Of a DNA stretch of 45,101 bases, positions 18,064 to 27,297 are shown piece after piece. The notes below the pieces were generated by a model. It saw only the letters and a program-made list of their open reading frames with translations, was not told the origin of the DNA and made no database searches. How positions within the stretch are numbered: position 1 is the stretch's first letter; each line of letters begins with the position of its first letter. Where the stretch lies: positions 1 to 45,101 of the forward strand of contig JBDHAB010000022.1 of NCBI GenBank assembly GCA_039588295.1, read 5' to 3'. Source of the DNA: Gemmatimonadota bacterium (GTDB lineage: Bacteria; Gemmatimonadota; Gemmatimonadetes; Gemmatimonadales; GWC2-71-9). The position numbers and the translations under genes are program-made.

Positions 18064-18579
18064 ATGCGGATCATTGCTGGGGAGTTCAAGGGTCGGCGCC
18101 TCAGCCGCCCAACGGATCGGCGAGTAAGGCCGATCACCGACCGGATCAAGGAGGCGTGGTTCGGCATCCTGAATCCGCGTCTCCCGGACGCGTCGGTGGT
18201 CGACCTGTTTGCCGGCTCGGGCGCGCTCGGCCTGGAGGCGCTGTCGCGGGGGGCGTGCCACGTGGATTTCGTTGAAATCTCGCCACCCTCGCTCGAAGCG
18301 CTGAAGGCCAACGTCGAGGCCCTCGACGTGCAAGATCGAGTGCGCATCCGGCGGGCCGACGCGCTGCGCTTTGCGTCCCGCCTCTCCGGGATCACCTACG
18401 ACGTCGCCGTGGCGGATCCGCCGTTTTCCACGGACCACGCGGCGCGTCTGGTCGCTATCTTCCGCAAGCGGCCGTTCGCGAGCGTGTTGGTGCTCCAGCA
18501 CCGGACCGCACTCCAGTTAGAGGGGGACGAGATGCGTCGCTATGGCACCCACGCGCTAACCTTCTGCTACGCACCATGA
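18064..18579 (+). CDS. rsmD: 16S rRNA m2G966 methyltransferase RsmD
   Basis: MRIIAGEFKGRRL, DLFAGSGALGLEALSRGA, DPPF. Adjacent to coaD. Confidence 0.93.
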   Translation: MRIIAGEFKGRRLSRPTDRRVRPITDRIKEAWFGILNPRLPDASVVDLFAGSGALGLEALSRGACHVDFVEISPPSLEALKANVEALDVQDRVRIRRADALRFASRLSGITYDVAVADPPFSTDHAARLVAIFRKRPFASVLVLQHRTALQLEGDEMRRYGTHALTFCYAP

Positions 18580-19058
18580 CAAACATCGGCATCTACCCGG
18601 GATCGTTCGATCCAGTCACGCTGGGTCATGAAGACATCATTCGCCGCAGCCTACAGCTGGTGGATCACGTGGTGGTGGCCGTGGCGGTCAATCTGGTGAA
18701 GGAGCCGCTTTTCGGGCTCGAGGAGCGGGTGGCGTTGCTCGAAACGGTCATGCAGGATGAGCCGACCGTCGAGGTCGTGGCGTTCGACGGTCTGCTGACC
18801 GATTTCGCGCGACAACGGGGCGCACGCGTCATCATTCGTGGGCTCAGAGCCGTCAGCGACTTCGATTACGAATCCGGCATGGCGCTGATGAACCGGCAGC
18901 TCTATCCCGAGCTCGAAACGGTGTTTCTCGTTCCGGCACTCCATCTCACCTACTTGAGTTCGAGCCTGGTGCGGGACATTGCGCGGCTCGACGGTGACGT
19001 GAGCACGTTCGTCCAGCCCGCCGTGGAACAGGCGCTCCGACGCAAGTTCGGTCGATGA
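18576..19058 (+). CDS. coaD: Phosphopantetheine adenylyltransferase
   Basis: [30 protein letters not shown]. Confidence 0.97.
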   Translation: MTNIGIYPGSFDPVTLGHEDIIRRSLQLVDHVVVAVAVNLVKEPLFGLEERVALLETVMQDEPTVEVVAFDGLLTDFARQRGARVIIRGLRAVSDFDYESGMALMNRQLYPELETVFLVPALHLTYLSSSLVRDIARLDGDVSTFVQPAVEQALRRKFGR

Positions 19059-20041
19059 CGTTTCGAGAGGACCTCCGTGCCCGAGCGGCGCGCAAAAGCG
19101 GCACGGTGATCCTCGCGGAGGGATGGGACGGGCGCGTGCAGTCGGCGGCCCGGACGATTGAGCACCTGGGGATGGCGGGCGTCACCCTCCTGGACCGCTC
19201 GATGGCGGCTGACGCCAGAGTGGAGCATGTTGCCGAGCATCTTGCCACTCGTCGACCTGACAAGGTGCGCGACCGGGCGCACGCACGGGAGCTGGCCGCC
19301 GATCCGATTCGGTTCGCCGCCTCGTTCGTCGCGCTCGGCGAAGCCGATGCCGCTGTTGGCGGCGCCACGTGTTCCACGGCGGATGTCCTCCGCGCCGGGT
19401 TGTGGGCAATCGGACCGGCGGAGGGCATTGCCACCGTCAGCGGGGCGTTTTACATGGCGTTCTCCGTCGTGCCCGTGCCCCGAGATAATGGCGCCGAAGC
19501 CGTGGGACGGACGGTATTCACGTTCGCCGATGCCGGCGTGGTCCCGGAGCCGACGGCCGAACAGTTGGCGGAAATCGCGGTGAGCGCGGCGGCAGACCGG
19601 TCGCTGATTGTGGGTGACGAGCCGGTGGTGGCGTTTCTGTCGTACTCCACCAAGGGGAGCGCCGAGGGACCGCGCGTGGACAAGATACGGCGAGCCGTCG
19701 AGCGGTTTCGGACGTTGGCGCCGGCCGTGCGGGCGGACGGCGAGTTACAGGGCGATGCCGCACTGGCGCCACAGGTGGCCCGACAAAAGGCGCCGACCTC
19801 CCCGGTGGCCGGTGATGCAAACGTCCTGATCTTCCCCGACCTTGACAGCGGGAACATTGCCTACAAACTGGTGCAACGCTTGGCGGGAGCGACGGCCGCC
19901 GGCCCGATCGTGCAAGGGTTGGCGCGCCCGCTGATGGATCTGTCTCGCGGCACCACGTCCGACGACATCGTGGACGTGGCAGCCATCGGCATCCTGAAGG
20001 CGGCTCGCCCCGCCGCTACTCCAGCACTGGAGGACGCATGA
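19055..20041 (+). CDS. pta: Phosphate acetyl/butyryltransferase
   Basis: [53 protein letters not shown]. Confidence 0.88.
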   Translation: MTFREDLRARAARKSGTVILAEGWDGRVQSAARTIEHLGMAGVTLLDRSMAADARVEHVAEHLATRRPDKVRDRAHARELAADPIRFAASFVALGEADAAVGGATCSTADVLRAGLWAIGPAEGIATVSGAFYMAFSVVPVPRDNGAEAVGRTVFTFADAGVVPEPTAEQLAEIAVSAAADRSLIVGDEPVVAFLSYSTKGSAEGPRVDKIRRAVERFRTLAPAVRADGELQGDAALAPQVARQKAPTSPVAGDANVLIFPDLDSGNIAYKLVQRLAGATAAGPIVQGLARPLMDLSRGTTSDDIVDVAAIGILKAARPAATPALEDA

Positions 20042-20376
20042 GTTTCACGGTCCGGAAGGACGACGCGAAGGGTGTGGTCATCATCGGTGTCGACGGCCAG
20101 CTGATCGTGGGAAATCGACACGATCTCAAGAAGAAGGTGCTCGACGGCGTCGAGGGTGGGGAACGCAAGTTCGTGATCGACTTCGCGGTTACCGGCTACA
20201 TCGACTCCTCGGGGCTTGGCGCGCTCGTGTCGCTGGCCAAGAAGGTGCGCGAGGTCGGCGGAGATCTGCGCCTGGCGGGGCTCAACGAGGACCTGCGCAC
20301 GCTATTCGAGCTTACGAAGCTCGACACGCTCTTCACGATCTTCGGTTCCACGGAGGAGGCGGTCGCCGCGTTCTGA
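20038..20376 (+). CDS. STAS-domain anti-sigma factor antagonist (RsbV/SpoIIAA-like)
   Basis: [11 protein letters not shown] phospho-Ser motif, FELTKLD. GGAGG RBS. Confidence 0.93.
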   Translation: MSFTVRKDDAKGVVIIGVDGQLIVGNRHDLKKKVLDGVEGGERKFVIDFAVTGYIDSSGLGALVSLAKKVREVGGDLRLAGLNEDLRTLFELTKLDTLFTIFGSTEEAVAAF

Positions 20377-20377
20377 C

Positions 20378-20848
20378 GTGACGGCTCCCCTCAGGCTTGT
20401 CGTCCGCCGTCGCGAGACGTCTCCGCCCGACGCGGAGCGGCGCCGCGTCGAGATCTCCGTCCGGCTCCCCACCGATCTGGATGTCGTGGAAGAAGCGGTC
20501 GACCTGGTCGCACGGCATTGCCTGGCGTGCGGGGTCCCCCCGCGGGCCGCACGGTTCGTCATCCGTGTGGTGTTGTGTGAGGCGCTGGCGAACGCCATCC
20601 TCTACGGAAACTGCCTCGATCCGGAGAAGCGTGTCGAAGTGTGTGTTCAGGTGGACGACGAGACACTGCAACTCGACGTGCGTGACGAAGGGAGCGGGTT
20701 CGACCCGAGTGCGGTTCCCGATCCCACGGGCCACGAGCGCCGCGAGTTGGAACGGGGACGCGGGCTCTACCTCATCAGGCAATTGGTGGACGAGGTCCGG
20801 TTCAACGACAGGGGGAACGCGATCTGCATGATCATGCGCCGCGCCTAG
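20378..20848 (+). CDS. Anti-sigma factor / Ser kinase (RsbW-like, HATPase_c_2)
   Basis: EALANAILYGN N-box, VRDEGSGFDP G1, GRGLYLIRQLVDEV G2. Start uncertain. Confidence 0.88.
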   Translation: MTAPLRLVVRRRETSPPDAERRRVEISVRLPTDLDVVEEAVDLVARHCLACGVPPRAARFVIRVVLCEALANAILYGNCLDPEKRVEVCVQVDDETLQLDVRDEGSGFDPSAVPDPTGHERRELERGRGLYLIRQLVDEVRFNDRGNAICMIMRRA

Positions 20849-20874
20849 AGCGCCTGGATGCGGTCCTGCAGTCG

Positions 20875-22425
20875 TTGGGGACCATGATGGGTTGCCGGCT
20901 GCGTCTGTGGCGGGCCGGTCGTGGGCGCCTGCGACCGGTGGTGGGGGCGGACCGTGCGTCGCCGCCCACGGTCGAGATCGACGAGCTCGGTATGGTCACA
21001 CCGGTCGATCGGGATCGGCGGTTCGCCGCAGTGCCGAATCTCGATGGGTACTTCTACGAGATTGTCGACGCGTCGCCCGAGTCCAACGACCTCGAGACCA
21101 TGCTCTCACCGCTGCTCGCGCGGCTCTTGGACAGCGAGCGTGAGATCCTCGCACTTGCCAAGCAGCTCGCGGCGCGCTACGAGGAGATCGAGCTCCTCTA
21201 CACCATCAGCGAGATCCTCGCACTCACAACGCGTCTTGAACAGGCCGCCGAGACGATTCTCCGTGAAGTGAGCGACGTCGTGGGCGCTCGGCGCGCCTCG
21301 ATTTTCGTGCACGATGAGGCGGCAGGTGTGCTCCGGCCCGTTGCAACGATCGGCAAGGCGATCGACGAACTTCCTGCGATCCCTTCGGACGATGAGACCT
21401 CGTTCACCGCGCGAGCGTTTCGTACGGGCCAGACGCTGGGGTACGACCCGCGGCAACCCGAGGGGCCGGAGCCGACAGGGGGCGAAGCGCGAGGGTATCG
21501 GGGATCGGCGTTTCTCTGTGTTCCAATCGTGTATCGCTCGGCGTCCCAGGAGGCGCGTCCGGTCGGGGTGCTGAATCTGACGGACCGCCTCGCCAAGGAC
21601 GCGTTCAGTGGAGGCGAGCGACGGTTGGTGATCGCGGTTGCCAACCAGATCGGGGCGGCCCTTGAGCATGCGCAACTCGTCGAGCGAGATCTCGTGCGCC
21701 AGCGAGTTGGCAGAGAGCTGGAGCTCGCGCACGGTCTCCAACTGAAACTGCTGGCATCCCCCGACGTCCTGGGTCCGGCGGTCGACGTCGCCGCTCGGTG
21801 TGTGCCGGCGAGAAGCGTCGGCGGTGACTTCTACCACTTCGTGCGGCTCCCCGAGGGACGGATCGGCGTCATGCTGGGTGACGTTTCGTCCCACGGGTTC
21901 GCGGCCGCGTTGATCATGGCGCTGGTGCTCTCGGCCGCCGGCATCCACGCCGCTGAGGTTGCCTCTCCCGATGACACCCTCCGCCGGTTGTTGGAGTCGG
22001 TGGCGGATGACCTCGCCGAGACGGAGATGCACCTGTCCTTATTCTACGGCGTCGTCGATGCACGGGCCGGCACGCTGCGATACGCCAACGCCGGGCACCC
22101 CCACGCGTTCCGCGTGCGAAAGACGGGCGTGGTAGAGCGCCTGGGAGCCACGTCACCGCCGCTCGGACTTACCAATCCCGAGGCGATTACGGCGGCGGAG
22201 ACGGAGTGGAGTGCGGGAGAGGACCTCCTGCTGCTCTTCTCCGACGGCATCGTCGAGGCCCGCAGCGACACCGGGGAGGCCTTCGGAGAGGAGCGCGTGC
22301 TCGAGCTGGTCCAGATGAGCCTCTCCGCACCGACAGAAGCGCTTGTGGAGGCTGTGCTCGCCGCCGCCCGCGAGGTCGAAACCACAGCCAAAGACGATCG
22401 CGCAATTCTCGCGTTGCGTGTGTAG
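20875..22425 (+). CDS. GAF + SpoIIE/PP2C phosphatase (RsbU-like)
   Basis: GAF domain, ELELAHGLQ linker, VGGDFY, LGDVSSHG, YANAGH, FSDGIVEA, DD. Start uncertain (in-frame CTGs lie upstream). Confidence 0.9.
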   Translation: MGTMMGCRLRLWRAGRGRLRPVVGADRASPPTVEIDELGMVTPVDRDRRFAAVPNLDGYFYEIVDASPESNDLETMLSPLLARLLDSEREILALAKQLAARYEEIELLYTISEILALTTRLEQAAETILREVSDVVGARRASIFVHDEAAGVLRPVATIGKAIDELPAIPSDDETSFTARAFRTGQTLGYDPRQPEGPEPTGGEARGYRGSAFLCVPIVYRSASQEARPVGVLNLTDRLAKDAFSGGERRLVIAVANQIGAALEHAQLVERDLVRQRVGRELELAHGLQLKLLASPDVLGPAVDVAARCVPARSVGGDFYHFVRLPEGRIGVMLGDVSSHGFAAALIMALVLSAAGIHAAEVASPDDTLRRLLESVADDLAETEMHLSLFYGVVDARAGTLRYANAGHPHAFRVRKTGVVERLGATSPPLGLTNPEAITAAETEWSAGEDLLLLFSDGIVEARSDTGEAFGEERVLELVQMSLSAPTEALVEAVLAAAREVETTAKDDRAILALRV

Positions 22426-23243
22426 TGGGCCGCAGACTCGGGCAACACTTCCTGACCGACCCCAGCATCCTGGATCGAATCGTCGAGGCGATCGACCCAC
22501 ATCCCACCGATATCGTGCTCGAGATCGGCCCCGGTCGCGGTAGCCTCACCGAGCGGCTGACTCCGAAGGTGGCGCGGGTGATCGGGATCGAGAAGGATCG
22601 GGAGCTCGGCAGCGTGCTGGGAGCAGCGAGCGCGCGGACGGTGGGCGAGCACGGCAACGTTTCCGTGGTGGTCGGCGATGCGCTCCGCACAGACTGGCAC
22701 GCCGAACTCAGCCGAACCGGTCCCGCTACGCCGTTTCCCCCGATGACGTTCAAGGTCGTCGGGAACATCCCCTACTACATTACGTCTCCCCTCATCGACA
22801 AAGCGCTCACGCCGCCACTGCCCGAGCGCATCGTGTTTCTCGTCCAGCGTGAGGTAGCGGATCGGCTGGCGGCGGCACCGGGTACGAAGACCTACGGTGC
22901 GCTCACGGTTGGCGTGCAGGCCGCCGCCACCGTCGAGCGGCTGTTCGTCGTGCGCGCCGGCGCGTTCCACCCGCCGCCCGCGGTCGACTCGGCCGTCGTG
23001 AGGATCACACCGCGCGAGCACCCGCTCGTGCCGCACGAGCACAGGCAGGCCTTCCGGATATTCGTGCAGCAGGTGTTCTCGCAGCGGAGGAAGCAGCTCG
23101 GTGGGATCCTGCGTCACGCAACCGGACGTGATGCTCTGACCGTCGACGCCGCGCTCGAAGCGCTAGGCGTGGATGCCACGGCGCGACCCGAACGATTGGC
23201 GCCGTCGGCATTCGCCCAACTGTACGAGTGGAGTCGGGTGTGA
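22425..23243 (+). CDS. rsmA: 16S rRNA dimethyltransferase RsmA/KsgA
   Basis: LGQHFL, LEIGPGRG, GNIPYYITSP, FSQRRKQL. Confidence 0.96.
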   Translation: MGRRLGQHFLTDPSILDRIVEAIDPHPTDIVLEIGPGRGSLTERLTPKVARVIGIEKDRELGSVLGAASARTVGEHGNVSVVVGDALRTDWHAELSRTGPATPFPPMTFKVVGNIPYYITSPLIDKALTPPLPERIVFLVQREVADRLAAAPGTKTYGALTVGVQAAATVERLFVVRAGAFHPPPAVDSAVVRITPREHPLVPHEHRQAFRIFVQQVFSQRRKQLGGILRHATGRDALTVDAALEALGVDATARPERLAPSAFAQLYEWSRV

Positions 23244-23295
23244 CCGGTCGACAGCGCCGTCGAGCAGGCTTGGGTGTTGAGGTAGATTGCGTGCC

Positions 23296-24528
23296 ATGAC
23301 CGGCGTACGTGTCACAAACGAGATCGGAGCCCTGCAAGCGGTCCTGGAGCATGCACCAGGGAAGGAACTCCAGGCGGTGACCCCGGGAACGCGGGAGCAC
23401 TACCTCTACGACGACATCATCGACATCGATTTCGCTCGACGCGAACACGACCGACTGACACGGGTGCTCCGGCGATTCGCCACCGTGTATGAGGTGTGGG
23501 ATCTCCTGGTCGATCTGCTCGAGCGCCGTGCCGCGCGCGAATTCCTCATCGCACGCACGATGGATGTGGTACCGTCCGACGCCTTGGCGCGACAGTTGGC
23601 CGACTGGCCGAGCGATGAGCTAGCGACCATGCTCATCGAGGGGGAGGAGGAAGAGGGTGGCCCGATCACGCGATCGCTCAACGTGGTAGGCTACACGCTG
23701 CCACCGGCGCCCAACCTGTTCTTCACCCGCGATATCGGGATCGTGATCGGGGATCACGTGGTGATCGGGTCCATGCGGCACGAGGTGCGCTGGACCGAGG
23801 AGCTTCTGATCAAGGCGCTGTTCTCGTTTCATCCCGCGCTCGCGAACAGCGGCATTCTGTACGACGGATCCGAGGAACGCCGCCCCACGCACTGGCTGGA
23901 GGGTGGCGATGTCCATTCACTCCGTCCCGACCTGATCCTTCTGGGACACAGCTCGCGTTCGAGCACGACGGCGCTGGATCACTTGTGCGATGCGCTGTTC
24001 GCGCAGACTCAGGTGAGCGACATCTTGGTGGTCATCCTGCCCGACGAGCCGGTGGCGATCCATTTGGACATGATCTGCACACAGGTGGATCGAGAACTCT
24101 GCGTTGTCTATCCACCGCACTTCGTGGGACCGGGGCGGCTGGGGGTGCTCCACCGGCGCAAGGGGACGCACACGGTCCGCGAAATGCCGGATTTCTTCTC
24201 GGCGATGCGAGCCGTGGGGTTTCCGCTCGAGCCGGTCTTCTGCGGTGGAGCGCACCGTGCGGTGCAGGATCGGGAGCAGTGGGGATCAGGCTGCAATGTC
24301 GTGGCGGTGCGTCCGGGTGTGGCTCTCGCCTACAAACGCAACGAGGTGACGCTCGCCGAGTTTCAGCGCGCCGGCTTCTCGGTGCTCGATGCTGAGGAGT
24401 TTCTGGCGGTAGACGGCCCCACGACCGACGACGAGCGAGTGATCATCACGCTGGAGGGTGCGGAACTCGTTCGCGGGGGCGGCGGTCCGCGCTGCATGAC
24501 CCTCCCGTTGAAGAGGAGCGAGGCGTGA
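23296..24528 (+). CDS. arcA: Arginine deiminase
   Basis: EIGALQAVLEHAPGKEL, YLYDDI, PNLFFTRD, LEGGD, HLD, RGGGGPRCMTLPL (catalytic Cys). Alternative TTG start at 23287. Confidence 0.9.
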   Translation: MTGVRVTNEIGALQAVLEHAPGKELQAVTPGTREHYLYDDIIDIDFARREHDRLTRVLRRFATVYEVWDLLVDLLERRAAREFLIARTMDVVPSDALARQLADWPSDELATMLIEGEEEEGGPITRSLNVVGYTLPPAPNLFFTRDIGIVIGDHVVIGSMRHEVRWTEELLIKALFSFHPALANSGILYDGSEERRPTHWLEGGDVHSLRPDLILLGHSSRSSTTALDHLCDALFAQTQVSDILVVILPDEPVAIHLDMICTQVDRELCVVYPPHFVGPGRLGVLHRRKGTHTVREMPDFFSAMRAVGFPLEPVFCGGAHRAVQDREQWGSGCNVVAVRPGVALAYKRNEVTLAEFQRAGFSVLDAEEFLAVDGPTTDDERVIITLEGAELVRGGGGPRCMTLPLKRSEA

Positions 24529-25370
24529 GCGATCTGGGAGTGCGGGCGACTCCCACCGGGACACTGGTCGACCGGGCGCTGCGGCTGCTCACCGATCAGG
24601 CGGCGGACAGCCTCACCCTGGCGCGTGACGTCCTTGGTATCGGGCAGGTGACGCGTGCGATCGCCGATCGGGTGGCCGTGGCGCTGCTCGGCGCGGATCC
24701 GCGTGTCCGCAGGCTGGGCGACGGCCGCTGGGCGCTGTCCTCCGTGCGAGAGCTCGCACAACCGCTCGCGTCCTGCACCTTCGCCGTCGTCGACATCGAG
24801 ACCACCGGCTCTCGACCCAAGCGCGATCGGATCACCGAGCTGTCAGTGGTGACGCTGGCCAGCGGCAAGCTCGAGGTGGCGATGGATACGCTGGTGAATC
24901 CCGAGCGACCGATTCCGCCACCAGTCACCTCGCTCACGCGTATCACGAACGAGATGGTACGAGACAAACCGGTGTTTGCAGAGGTAGCCGACGACGTGAT
25001 TTCGATGCTCGCGGGGCGCATCTTCGTCGCGCACAATGTACGATTCGATTGGTCGTTTCTCTCACGCGAAGTCCGTCGGTCGGTCGACCTGTCGCTGGAG
25101 GGTCCACGACTCTGCACGGTGCAACTCACTCGGCGGCTCGTTCCGGGACTGCGCTCACGGGGGTTGGACAGTGTGGCCGCGTACTTCGGTGTGGAGGTCA
25201 CACAGCGGCACCGAGCTGGCGGTGACGCGCTCGCGACGGCGCAGATCCTCCGGCGCCTCCTGGCGATTGCCGATGAGCGTGGCGCCAGGACGCTGGAAGA
25301 GCTCCGCGAACTGGGACGGCCACGCCGACGCCGGAGGACCGCAATGCCAACATCGATGAGGAATTTATGA
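24525..25370 (+). CDS. DEDDh 3'-5' exonuclease (DnaQ-like) with ~80-aa N-terminal extension
   Basis: DIETTG, AHNVRFD, HRAGGDA motifs. Confidence 0.9.
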   Translation: MSDLGVRATPTGTLVDRALRLLTDQAADSLTLARDVLGIGQVTRAIADRVAVALLGADPRVRRLGDGRWALSSVRELAQPLASCTFAVVDIETTGSRPKRDRITELSVVTLASGKLEVAMDTLVNPERPIPPPVTSLTRITNEMVRDKPVFAEVADDVISMLAGRIFVAHNVRFDWSFLSREVRRSVDLSLEGPRLCTVQLTRRLVPGLRSRGLDSVAAYFGVEVTQRHRAGGDALATAQILRRLLAIADERGARTLEELRELGRPRRRRRTAMPTSMRNL

Positions 25371-26254
25371 ATCTGGTCACGACGTTCACCGTCGGTGGCA
25401 TGAGGTGTCACGCGCTCGAGGCTGGACGGCAGTGGTTGGATGGCGGGGCGATGTTCGGCGTCGTGCCCAAGCCGTTGTGGCAACGGCGCATCGAGCCGGA
25501 CGAGCGAAACCGTATCCCGCTAGCTCTGCGCTGCCTCCTCGTGGAGCACGACGCCGGACCCGTATTGATCGACACCGGGCTCGGGAACAAGGAATCGAAG
25601 AAGTTCCGCGACATCTACGGCGTCGAGAATGCAGGCTCGGCCGGACCGACCCAACTGGACGACGCCCTGGCCGCCGTGGGCCAATCGGCGGCCGACATTC
25701 GCTATGTGATCAATACGCACCTCCATTTCGACCACGCCGGAGGCAACACGTTCAACGGAGATGGGCGCGACGCCCAGATAGCGTTTCCCAACGCCACCTA
25801 TGTGGTGCAGCGGGCAGAATTGGAGTTTGCGGGTGAGCGTAACGAGCGCACAGCCGCCAGCTACCTGCCACCGAACTTCGACCCGATTGCGGAAGCTGGT
25901 CGCTGGGAGCTGGTCGCCGGAGAGCACGAGCTGCTTCCGGGCGTGAGACTGCTGCCGACGCCGGGGCACGTCCCCCACCATCAGTCCGTTCTGCTGACGG
26001 ATCGCGGGGAGACCGCCTGCTTCCTGGGCGACCTCGTGCCCACGTCCGCTCATATCCCGCTGCCGTGGATCATGGGTTACGACCTCGAGCCCTTGGTGAC
26101 GCTGGAAACCAAGCGCCGGGTGTTGGGGGAGGCCGCCGCGGAGGAGTGGACGCTCGTGTTCGAGCACGACCCCAGGCACGCGACCGGGCGAGCGGTTCCG
26201 GACCTCAAATCCTTCGAGTTTGCGCCGCTTGACACTGCCCAAGGGGCGGCGTAG
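25367..26254 (+). CDS. Metallo-beta-lactamase-fold hydrolase (YtnP-like)
   Basis: LDGGAMFGVVPKPLW, THLHFDHAGG, PGHVPHH, GDLVPT, FEHD. Confidence 0.9.
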   Translation: MNLVTTFTVGGMRCHALEAGRQWLDGGAMFGVVPKPLWQRRIEPDERNRIPLALRCLLVEHDAGPVLIDTGLGNKESKKFRDIYGVENAGSAGPTQLDDALAAVGQSAADIRYVINTHLHFDHAGGNTFNGDGRDAQIAFPNATYVVQRAELEFAGERNERTAASYLPPNFDPIAEAGRWELVAGEHELLPGVRLLPTPGHVPHHQSVLLTDRGETACFLGDLVPTSAHIPLPWIMGYDLEPLVTLETKRRVLGEAAAEEWTLVFEHDPRHATGRAVPDLKSFEFAPLDTAQGAA

Positions 26255-26257
26255 GTT
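26229..26257 (+). promoter_or_regulatory. sigma70-type promoter of the infC operon
   Basis: TTGACA-N17-TAGGTT, inside the 3' end of the upstream gene. Confidence 0.7.
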
Positions 26258-26264
26258 TTTGAGC

Positions 26265-26406
26265 GACAATCAGATAAGCAAGCGCGTGTGCGCTTCACCC
26301 TCCTGCCGCCCGACTGGGCGCGCGTTCAGGGTTCAACGAATGTGCGGGGTGCCACGGCCCCCGTCGCCGGCGAACTCTGGAGGGTACAGGGTTCGCTTCT
26401 GTTGTT
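26265..26406 (+). ncRNA. Structured infC leader, L20-leader-like cis-regulatory RNA
   Basis: AAGC + hairpin AAGCGC-GTGT-GCGCTT + CACCCTCC...GGAGGGT long-range helix. 5' ACAA/CAG/AAGC can pair with GCTT/CTG/TTGT near 26395-26405. Upstream of infC-rpmI-rplT. Confidence 0.55.
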
Positions 26407-26436
26407 GGTGCATGCCTAACTGAAGGAGGAGTGTCA

Positions 26437-26958
26437 CTGGCGGCTCAAGACGACAAACAGCGGGTGCGGGTGAACCACCAAATCCGGATCAGCCCAGTTC
26501 GGCTGATCGATGCTGAGGGCGAGCAGGTCGGCGTGGTTCCGGTCGACGACGCGCTCAAGGCGGCGCGCGAGCGCGGACTCGACCTCGTTGAGGTCGCCCC
26601 GATGGCCCGCCCCCCCGTGGTCAAGATCATGGACTACGGGAAGTATCGGTTCGAGCAGGCGAAGGCCGCCCGAGCCGCGAAGAAGAAACAGCACGTGATC
26701 CAGGTGAAGGAAGTGAAGTACCGGCCGAACATCAGCGATCACGACTTCGAGTTCAAGACTCGGCACGCGAGGACGTTTCTCGAGGAGGGTAACAAGGTCA
26801 AGCTGACCCTGATGTTCCGGGGTCGCCAGGTGACCCACCCCGAGTTGGGTAGGGCGGTGCTCGATCGGGTGTTTGACGAGCTCCAGGACGTGGCCAAGGT
26901 GGAGACGGCGTCCAAGCTGGAGGGGCGCAACATGACGATGGTCTTGGCGCCGAAGTAG
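26437..26958 (+). CDS. infC: Translation initiation factor IF-3 (probable CUG start)
   Basis: RVNHQIRISPVRLID, DLVEVAP, KIMDYGKY, GNKVKLTLMFRGR. AAGGAGG SD (26423-26429) lies 7 nt before CTG 26437 and 1 nt before GTG 26431. Confidence 0.95.
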   Translation: MAAQDDKQRVRVNHQIRISPVRLIDAEGEQVGVVPVDDALKAARERGLDLVEVAPMARPPVVKIMDYGKYRFEQAKAARAAKKKQHVIQVKEVKYRPNISDHDFEFKTRHARTFLEEGNKVKLTLMFRGRQVTHPELGRAVLDRVFDELQDVAKVETASKLEGRNMTMVLAPK

Positions 26959-26971
26959 TGACAAGCGGGAA

Positions 26972-27035
26972 GGGCATAAGCGATAGGGCATAAGGCATAA
27001 GGGCATAGGGGATAAGGGATAAGGGATAAGAGAGA
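26972..27035 (+). repeat. Heptamer tandem repeat (approx. RGGSATA) between infC and rpmI
   Basis: GGGCATA AGCGATA GGGCATA AGGCATA a GGGCATA GGGGATA AGGGATA AGGGATA AGAGAGA. Confidence 0.9.
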
Positions 27036-27093
27036 GGCAATTGGCGCCGCGGCGGGTGGACCCGTGCGCGGTGCCGTAACCGGTGGGTGAACG

Positions 27094-27288
27094 ATGCCGA
27101 AGCAGAAGACGAAACGAAGCGCGGCCAAGCGCTTCAAGGTGACGGGCCGTGGCAAGGTGAAGCGGGCACGCGCCAATAAGAGTCACATACTCACAAAGAA
27201 GCATCCCAAGCGAAAGCGTCGCCTCCGCACCGCTACGTTGGTGGCGAAGGCGGACGAGCGCCGGATCAAGCGCCTGCTGCAGGCGTAG
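27094..27288 (+). CDS. rpmI: 50S ribosomal protein L35
   Basis: [28 protein letters not shown]. Confidence 0.97.
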   Translation: MPKQKTKRSAAKRFKVTGRGKVKRARANKSHILTKKHPKRKRRLRTATLVAKADERRIKRLLQA

Positions 27289-27297
27289 GAGCGAGCC

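Noticed and set aside
22720..22745. Short Pro-rich insert in RsmA (TGPATPFPP), possibly a heptamer-repeat remnant
   Set aside because: Too short and degenerate to support.
26972..27035. Repeat array considered as CRISPR
   Set aside because: 7-nt units, no spacers, no cas genes.
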